From: Gammaproteobacteria bacterium
Lineage (GTDB): Bacteria; Pseudomonadota; Gammaproteobacteria; JBBQDK01
Direction of reading: 5' to 3'
NCBI GenBank assembly: GCA_038319625.1
Contig: JBBQDK010000001.1
Location: 1-62,686 of the forward strand
Length of the DNA stretch: 62,686 nt
A program made the translations under genes and the position numbers. Within the stretch, counting starts at the first letter, position 1; every line of letters starts with the position of its first letter. This document shows positions 56,868-62,686 of the stretch, in pieces. A model generated the notes under the pieces. It was given only the letters and a program-made list of their open reading frames with translations, did not search any database and was not told the DNA's origin.

Positions 56868-57470
56868 GTGTACGCGCTGAATCAGCAGGTATTGCGCACC
56901 GACGCGGCCGGCATGCCGCTCGAGTGGGTCAACTATCAAGATGCCGTGCGGCTCTACCATCTCGGACAAGTCGCGTATGACTGCGGCACTTTGCTGTACC
57001 GTGTACATGGCGGACACAACGCACTGACCGGCCTGCACAGCATCATCGAAGTCAACTCGATCATCGCCACCTATGGCAATAATCACGCCCTCGCCAAGGC
57101 ACGCGCGCATTACGTTCCACCGCTCAACAACAGCGCGCTGTTCCGTCGTGACGCCGATATCTGTCTGTACTGCGGTCAGCATTTCACCATCCATGATCTG
57201 TCGCGCGATCACATCACACCACTCAGCTGTGGCGGCGCCGATGTCTGGAACAATGTGGTCACAGCCTGCAAGCGCTGCAACAACCACAAGGCCGGTCGCA
57301 GCCCCGAACAGGCCAGCATGGAACTGCTCGCCATACCCTTTACGCCCACTCACGCGGAATACATCTATCTGCAGAGCCGGCGTGTACTCGCGGATCAGAT
57401 GGAATTTTTACGCGCGCATTTCCCGCGCACCAGTCCATTGCACCAGCGCCTGCAGGCACATAAGCTGTAA
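56868..57470 (+). CDS. HNH endonuclease-family protein
   Basis: It has the HNH motif (CLYCGQHF...SRDHITPLSCGG...WNNVVTACKRCNNHKAG). The GTG at 56868 follows AGAGGG and gives a family-typical length of about 200 aa. The ORF-track start at 56673 is unlikely. Confidence 0.75.
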   Translation: MYALNQQVLRTDAAGMPLEWVNYQDAVRLYHLGQVAYDCGTLLYRVHGGHNALTGLHSIIEVNSIIATYGNNHALAKARAHYVPPLNNSALFRRDADICLYCGQHFTIHDLSRDHITPLSCGGADVWNNVVTACKRCNNHKAGRSPEQASMELLAIPFTPTHAEYIYLQSRRVLADQMEFLRAHFPRTSPLHQRLQAHKL

Positions 57471-57545
57471 GTCAGTCCGGCAGCAACCACCTTACTGCAC
57501 GCCGCGCGATTGCAAGCGCGCGCACCACCCTGCTCCTTGACCCTC

Positions 57546-58436
57546 ATGCACACAATACTCCGGTCCCGCATCGCAACCGCTATCACTCAAGCCACCGGTG
57601 CGCCCTTCAACGCACGTCGCGAGCAGTCTGTCGGTGGCGGCTGCATCAATACCGCGCACGTTCTCGAAGACGGGGATCGGCGCTACTTTGTCAAACTGAA
57701 CACTGCCGCCAGACTTGATATGTTCGCGGCCGAGGCGCAAGGGCTGGAAGAGATAATCCGCACCGGGACCATCAAGGCGCCCGCCCCGGTCTGTTACGGG
57801 GTCGCGTGCGATCAGGCTTATCTGGTACTGGAGTTCATCGCGCCGGGACGCGGCAGTCATGCCAGCCAGGAACAGCTCGGGCAGCAACTGGCAGCCATGC
57901 ACCGCGTCACGCGGCCACGCTACGGCTGGGCTCGTGACAACACCATCGGTGCCACGCCACAATACAACGCCGAGAGCGATGACTGGGTGGCATTCTGGCG
58001 CACGCAGCGCCTGGGCTTTCAATTGCAACTGGCGGCCGGCAGCGGTTATGGCGGACGCTTGCAGACCCGGGGCGAGCGGTTGCTGGTGGAATTACCGGCA
58101 CTGCTTGCCGGCCACAAACCACCCGCCGCGCTGTTGCACGGCGATCTGTGGTCGGGGAATTACAGCATCGATACGAAGGGAGCACCGGTAATCTTCGATC
58201 CCGCGCTTTACTACGGCGACCGCGAGACGGATCTGGCCATGACGGAATTATTCGGTGGCTTCAGCACGCGTTTCTATCAGGCTTACCACGAAGCCTATCC
58301 GCTGCCCGAGGGCTACCAACTGCGCAGGTCACTCTACAATCTCTACCATGTCCTGAACCATCTCAATCTGTTCGGCGGCGGTTATCTGGCACAGGCCGAA
58401 CAGCTGACTGACGGGCTCTTGCACGAATTGCACTAG
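57546..58436 (+). CDS. Fructosamine kinase-family protein
   Basis: The sequence runs MHTIL...VGGGCIN...YFVKLN... and LLHGDLWSGN...DPALYYGDRETDLAM. The start is set at the ATG at 57546. Confidence 0.85.
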   Translation: MHTILRSRIATAITQATGAPFNARREQSVGGGCINTAHVLEDGDRRYFVKLNTAARLDMFAAEAQGLEEIIRTGTIKAPAPVCYGVACDQAYLVLEFIAPGRGSHASQEQLGQQLAAMHRVTRPRYGWARDNTIGATPQYNAESDDWVAFWRTQRLGFQLQLAAGSGYGGRLQTRGERLLVELPALLAGHKPPAALLHGDLWSGNYSIDTKGAPVIFDPALYYGDRETDLAMTELFGGFSTRFYQAYHEAYPLPEGYQLRRSLYNLYHVLNHLNLFGGGYLAQAEQLTDGLLHELH

Positions 58437-58473
58437 GCATGACGCTCGAAGCAGAGGCTACGACACGGCAGAG

Positions 58474-59538
58474 TCAACCGTGATAGGCGGCGCTGAGCGT
58501 ATGCACCGCTTCGACCATCGCACCGGCATGCATCGGATCGATGCCGGGCAGGATACCGTGACCTAGATTGAACACATGGCCGTTCCCGGCACCGTAACTT
58601 GCCAATACCGCGGCGACTTCGACACGAATCCGTTCGGGCGAGGCGAACAACACCATGGGATCGAGATTGCCCTGCAGCGCCACTCGTTCACCGACGCGCG
58701 CCCGAGCCGCGCCGATGTCGGTAGTCCAGTCCAACCCGACGGCATCGCAACCGCTGTCGGCAATCGCCTCCAGCCATTGTCCGCCACCCTTGGTGAACAA
58801 CACTACAGGCACCCGCCGGCCGTCACACTCACGCCGCAGCTGCGCCACGACCTGCGTAAGATAGTGCAACGAAAATTCGTGATACGCGGCATGCGACAGC
58901 GCACCGCCCCAGGTGTCGAAGAGCATCACGGCCTGGGCGCCCGCCGCGATTTGCGCGTTGAGATATTGCGCAACGGTGTGCGCCAGCTTGCCCAGTAACA
59001 TGTGCAACAAAGCCGGCTGGTCATACAGCATGGTCTTAATCAGCGCGAACTCACGATTGGTGCCACCCTCGACCATATAGGTCGCCAGGGTCCAGGGGCT
59101 GCCTGAAAAACCGATCAATGGCACACGGCCATTGAGTTCGCGCCGGATCAAGCGCACCGCATCCATCACGTAACGCAACTCTGTTTCCGGATCGGGAAGA
59201 GGTAGGGACTGAATGTCCGCGGCACTGCGCAACGGCCGCTCGAAGCGCGGGCCCTCACCCTCATTGAAGGACAGGCCCAAGCCCATGGCGTCGGGAATGG
59301 TGAGAATGTCAGAAAACAATATCGCTGCATCGAGCGGAAAACGTTCCAGTGGTTGCAAGGTTACTTCGCAGGCCAGTTCCGGCGTGGTGCATAACTGCAT
59401 GAAACTGCCGGCACGTTCCCGCGTGGCGCGATATTCCGGCAGATAGCGCCCGGCCTGGCGCATCATCCACACCGGTGTGACATCCACGGGCTGGCGCAGT
59501 AGGGCGCGCAGAAAGCGGTCGTTCTTTAATTCAGTCAT
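58474..59538 (-). CDS. hemE: Uroporphyrinogen decarboxylase
   Basis: The N-terminus [36 protein letters not shown] is the canonical HemE N-terminus. Confidence 0.95.
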   Translation of the reverse strand: MTELKNDRFLRALLRQPVDVTPVWMMRQAGRYLPEYRATRERAGSFMQLCTTPELACEVTLQPLERFPLDAAILFSDILTIPDAMGLGLSFNEGEGPRFERPLRSAADIQSLPLPDPETELRYVMDAVRLIRRELNGRVPLIGFSGSPWTLATYMVEGGTNREFALIKTMLYDQPALLHMLLGKLAHTVAQYLNAQIAAGAQAVMLFDTWGGALSHAAYHEFSLHYLTQVVAQLRRECDGRRVPVVLFTKGGGQWLEAIADSGCDAVGLDWTTDIGAARARVGERVALQGNLDPMVLFASPERIRVEVAAVLASYGAGNGHVFNLGHGILPGIDPMHAGAMVEAVHTLSAAYHG

Positions 59539-59600
59539 AAGGATTTTGAACCGTCAAGGAGCAACATAAAAATAACAGTGGCATATCCCGTTACTCGTGC

Positions 59601-59634
59601 AGAAAAGTCCCCTCTCCCACAGGAAAGGGGACTT
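59601..59634 (-). terminator. Rho-independent terminator downstream of gltD
   Basis: A 9-bp stem (aagtcccct/aggggactt) is followed on the minus strand by TTTTCT. Confidence 0.6.
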
Positions 59635-59659
59635 GCTCTATAGACGTCAGCTTAATTTA

Positions 59660-61102
59660 TTACCTGGGCAGATCCGACGCGCCCATCAGGAATTCGTCGA
59701 CGGCGCGCGCGCACTGGCGGCCTTCGCGGATCGCCCACACCACCAGCGATTGACCGCGGCGCATGTCACCGGCAGCGAACACTTTCGGGATCGAGGTCTG
59801 ATAGCGTTCCGTGTTGGCGCGGGCATTGCCACGTTCGTCGAGCGCGATGCCGAGTTGCTTGAGCATGCCCTCGTGCACGGGATGCAGGTAACCCATGGCA
59901 AGCAACACCAGGTCGGCCTTGAGTTCGAATTCGCTGCCGGCGATCTCGTTCATCTTCCAGGTACCCTTAGCGTCTTTCTGCCAGTCGAGACGGATGCCCT
60001 GCAATGTCTTAACAGCACCTTTGCTACCCGTGAAGGATTTTGTTGCGACGCTCCACATGCGCTCGCAACCTTCTTCCTGCGAGGATGAGGTGCGCATCTT
60101 GTTCGGCCAGTTCGGCCAGGTGAGCGGCTTGTTTTCGACTTCAGGCGGCTTGGGCAGCAGCTCCAATTGAGTGACCGATTTCGCGCGATGGCGGATCGAG
60201 GTACCAATACAGTCAGAGCCGGTATCGCCGCCGCCGATTACGACGACATGCTTGCCCGTGGCAACGATGCTGTCATCGACGGGAATGATGTCACCGGCCA
60301 CACGCTTGTTCTGCTGCGGCAGGAACTGCATGGCGAAGTACACGCCTTCGAGTTCGCGGCCTGGCACTGGCAGGTCGCGCGGTTGTTCGGAACCACCTGT
60401 CAATGCAATGGCATCGAATTCAGTCAGCAGCTCTGGCGCAGGCTGTGTCACACCGATGTGGACATTGGTGCGGAACTCCACACCTTCGGCGCGCATCTGC
60501 TCCACGCGCCGGTCAATGTTCGATTTTTCCATCTTGAAATCGGGAATACCGTACCGCATCAGGCCCCCGATGCGGTCGTTCTTCTCGAACAGCACCACAT
60601 TATGACCGATGCGCGCCAGTTGCTGGGCGCAGGCCATGCCAGCCGGACCGGAGCCGATCACGGCGATTCGCTTGCCGGTCTTGTGCGTGGCCGGCTGTGG
60701 TTTGACCCAGTTTTCACTCCAACCCTTGTCGATGATGGCGTGTTCGATGTTCTTGATTGTCACCGCATCGTCGTTAATGTTGAGCGTACATGCCGCCTCA
60801 CAGGGCGCCGGGCAGATGCGGCCGGTAAAGTCCGGAAAATTATTGGTGGAGTGCAACACTTCCAACGCCTCGCGCCAGCGGTCCTTGTACACCAGATCGT
60901 TCCAGTCCGGGATAATGTTGTTGATCGGGCAGCCGGACTGACAGAATGGAATGCCGCAGTCCATGCAGCGCGCGCCTTGCCGGCTCATCTCGCTGTCGGA
61001 AAGATTCGGCAGAAACTCTTTATAAAAGTGGATGCGCTCCTGCACCGGCAGTGGCGTCGGTTCCTGCCGCTTGAACTCCATGAACCCGGTCGGCTTATCC
61101 AT
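59660..61102 (-). CDS. gltD: Glutamate synthase small subunit
   Basis: It has an Fe-S Cys cluster region ([18 protein letters not shown]) and the FAD/NAD Rossmann motifs GSGPAG and VIGGGDTG. The start is set at the ATG at 61102 ([10 protein letters not shown]). Confidence 0.9.
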   Translation of the reverse strand: MDKPTGFMEFKRQEPTPLPVQERIHFYKEFLPNLSDSEMSRQGARCMDCGIPFCQSGCPINNIIPDWNDLVYKDRWREALEVLHSTNNFPDFTGRICPAPCEAACTLNINDDAVTIKNIEHAIIDKGWSENWVKPQPATHKTGKRIAVIGSGPAGMACAQQLARIGHNVVLFEKNDRIGGLMRYGIPDFKMEKSNIDRRVEQMRAEGVEFRTNVHIGVTQPAPELLTEFDAIALTGGSEQPRDLPVPGRELEGVYFAMQFLPQQNKRVAGDIIPVDDSIVATGKHVVVIGGGDTGSDCIGTSIRHRAKSVTQLELLPKPPEVENKPLTWPNWPNKMRTSSSQEEGCERMWSVATKSFTGSKGAVKTLQGIRLDWQKDAKGTWKMNEIAGSEFELKADLVLLAMGYLHPVHEGMLKQLGIALDERGNARANTERYQTSIPKVFAAGDMRRGQSLVVWAIREGRQCARAVDEFLMGASDLPR

Positions 61103-62686
61103 GCAACGCGTGCTCCACTTTGTCAGCCTCGACCTGTTGCGTGCTCTCGGCCAGTTTTTCCAGCGCACGGCGATATTCGGTCGGCATGATCTTTACGAAC
61201 TTCGGCAGGTAGACACTCCAGTCGTCGAGTATTTGTTTGGCGCGCGTGCTGCCGGTAAAACGCAGGTGATTTTCTATCAAGGTGCGTAACTGACGTTCGT
61301 CACCCTGCACGAGATGATTGACGTTGACGCGACCGTGCGATTCCAGCTCGTCGCCTTTCATATCCAGCAAGGCCTGTACTTCTTCCGGAACCGGCTCCAA
61401 TTCCACCATCGCCATGTTGCAACGCTTTTCAAAATCACCGTCCTCGTCGAGTACGAAGGCGATGCCACCGCTCATGCCGGCGGCAAAATTGCGCCCGGCA
61501 CAACCCAACACTACGACCATGCCGCCCGTCATGTACTCGCAGCCGTGATCGCCAACACCCTCCACGACGGCGACGGCACCGGAGTTACGCACGGCGAAAC
61601 GTTCGCCCGCGACACCTCGGAAATAGCACTCCCCGGCGATGGCGCCATAGAGCACGGTGTTGCCGACGATGATGTTGTCCTCGGGTACGATCGGACAATC
61701 ACTGGGCGGATAGATTACGACGCGGCCGCCGGACAAGCCCTTGCCGACGTAATCATTGGCCTCACCCTCCAACTCAATGGTGATGCCGTGCGCCAGAAAC
61801 GCACCGAAACTTTGTCCGGCGGTGCCCTGCGCCTTGATGTAAATCGTATCGTTAGGCAAACCGGCATGACCGTAACGCTTGGCCAGTACACCGGACAGCA
61901 TTGCACCTACCGTGCGCTGCGTGTTCTTCACGGCCGTTTCGATGCGTACCGGTTGGCGCGATTCCAGTGCCGGTTGTGCCTGCGCGATCAATTGATGATC
62001 AAGCGCGTGCTGCAGACCGTGGTCCTGGTCTTCGCAATGATGCACCGTGACGCCGGCCGCCACCTCGGGACGATAAAAGATGCGCGAGAAGTCCAGACCC
62101 CTGGCTTTCCAGTGCTCGATGCCCTTGCGGGTATCGAGACAATCGACACGACCGATCATTTCATTGAAGGTACGAAAACCGAGCAGTGCCATGTACTCGC
62201 GCACTTCTTCGGCGATGAAGAAGAAGAAATTCACTACATGCTCGGGCTGACCGGAAAATTTCTTGCGCAGCTTGGGGTCCTGCGTGGCCACGCCCACCGG
62301 GCAGGTGTTGAGATGACACTTGCGCATCATGATGCAGCCTTCCACTACCAGCGGCGCGGTGGCGAAGCCACATTCGTCGGCGCCGAGCAGCGCGGCAATC
62401 ACCACATCACGGCCGGTCTTCATCTGGCCGTCGGCCTGGACGATGATACGGCTGCGCAGTTGGTTCAGCACCAGTGTCTGCTGTGTTTCGGCAAGACCCA
62501 GTTCCCAGGGCGTGCCGGCGTGCATAATCGATGAGAGCGGGCTCGCACCGGTACCACCGTCGTGACCGGAGATAGTGACATGATCGGACTTCGCCTTGGC
62601 CACACCGGCGGCCACCGTACCGACACCGATTTCGGACACCAGCTTCACGGAAATGGACGCACTTGGATTGACGTTTTTCAGATCGT
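61095..62686 (-). CDS. gltB: Glutamate synthase large subunit, C-terminal part (gene continues beyond the window end)
   Basis: It contains the end of the FMN-binding domain ([21 protein letters not shown]) and the C-terminal GXGXG domain ([29 protein letters not shown]). The reading frame is open to the window edge. Confidence 0.9.
   Translation of the reverse strand, partial: DLKNVNPSASISVKLVSEIGVGTVAAGVAKAKSDHVTISGHDGGTGASPLSSIMHAGTPWELGLAETQQTLVLNQLRSRIIVQADGQMKTGRDVVIAALLGADECGFATAPLVVEGCIMMRKCHLNTCPVGVATQDPKLRKKFSGQPEHVVNFFFFIAEEVREYMALLGFRTFNEMIGRVDCLDTRKGIEHWKARGLDFSRIFYRPEVAAGVTVHHCEDQDHGLQHALDHQLIAQAQPALESRQPVRIETAVKNTQRTVGAMLSGVLAKRYGHAGLPNDTIYIKAQGTAGQSFGAFLAHGITIELEGEANDYVGKGLSGGRVVIYPPSDCPIVPEDNIIVGNTVLYGAIAGECYFRGVAGERFAVRNSGAVAVVEGVGDHGCEYMTGGMVVVLGCAGRNFAAGMSGGIAFVLDEDGDFEKRCNMAMVELEPVPEEVQALLDMKGDELESHGRVNVNHLVQGDERQLRTLIENHLRFTGSTRAKQILDDWSVYLPKFVKIMPTEYRRALEKLAESTQQVEADKVEHALHG

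Noticed and set aside
56457-57353. A 298-aa minus-strand ORF spanning the priA-HNH intergenic region and the HNH gene.
   Set aside because: It is antisense to the HNH-motif gene, has no recognisable domains, and part of it lies over the repeat-rich non-coding region.
60167-62534. Long plus-strand ORFs (340 aa and 406 aa) antisense to gltD and gltB.
   Set aside because: This is the same high-GC antisense artefact, and the gltD/gltB motifs on the minus strand are clear.

Overview
This 62.7 kb window looks like a high-GC proteobacterial chromosome, with Gammaproteobacteria-type synteny. No tools were run, so all homology calls come from motif and family recognition by eye. Most of the window is conserved housekeeping backbone. 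It includes smg-dprA-LysM, def-fmt-rsmB, DUF4390 with an NtrY/NtrX-like two-component pair, lpxL-family, ttcA, ppsA/ppsR, comM, ubiK, glnK-amtB, speE/speA, a PPK2, patatin, argS with a SPOR protein, a PAS/GAF histidine kinase with a CheY-like regulator, priA, an HNH protein, a fructosamine kinase, hemE, and gltD with a partial gltB. Three visibly AT-richer accessory segments interrupt this backbone. (1) About 12.7-16.6 kb holds a secreted S53 (sedolisin-type) peptidase with Ig-like and dockerin modules next to a decayed IS91-family transposase relic. (2) About 18.7-23.7 kb holds a Cyc2-like fused monoheme-cytochrome/porin gene followed by a four-gene unit ending in a Tat-exported multicopper oxidase, a candidate outer-membrane redox or iron-oxidation module. 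(3) About 35.5-44.6 kb holds an overlapping two-gene cassette, an orphan PEP-CTERM protein and a truncated, nonsense-interrupted asparagine synthase pseudogene. The cassette pairs an AAA/DUF4143 ATPase with a roughly 1370-aa STAND-like NTPase that lacks the Walker A lysine and ends in a PD-(D/E)xK-like nuclease motif. I consider this cassette the best candidate for an undescribed (defence-type) system. Other observations are a heptamer-based inverted-repeat element sharing an exact 18-mer upstream of both dprA and comM, and an rsmB whose expected ATG is ATA. There are also IS630 and response-regulator relics, an NtrC/sigma-54 control region for glnK-amtB, and a perfect inverted pair of DnaA boxes beside an AT-rich tract downstream of priA. 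I found no rRNA, tRNA or CRISPR array.
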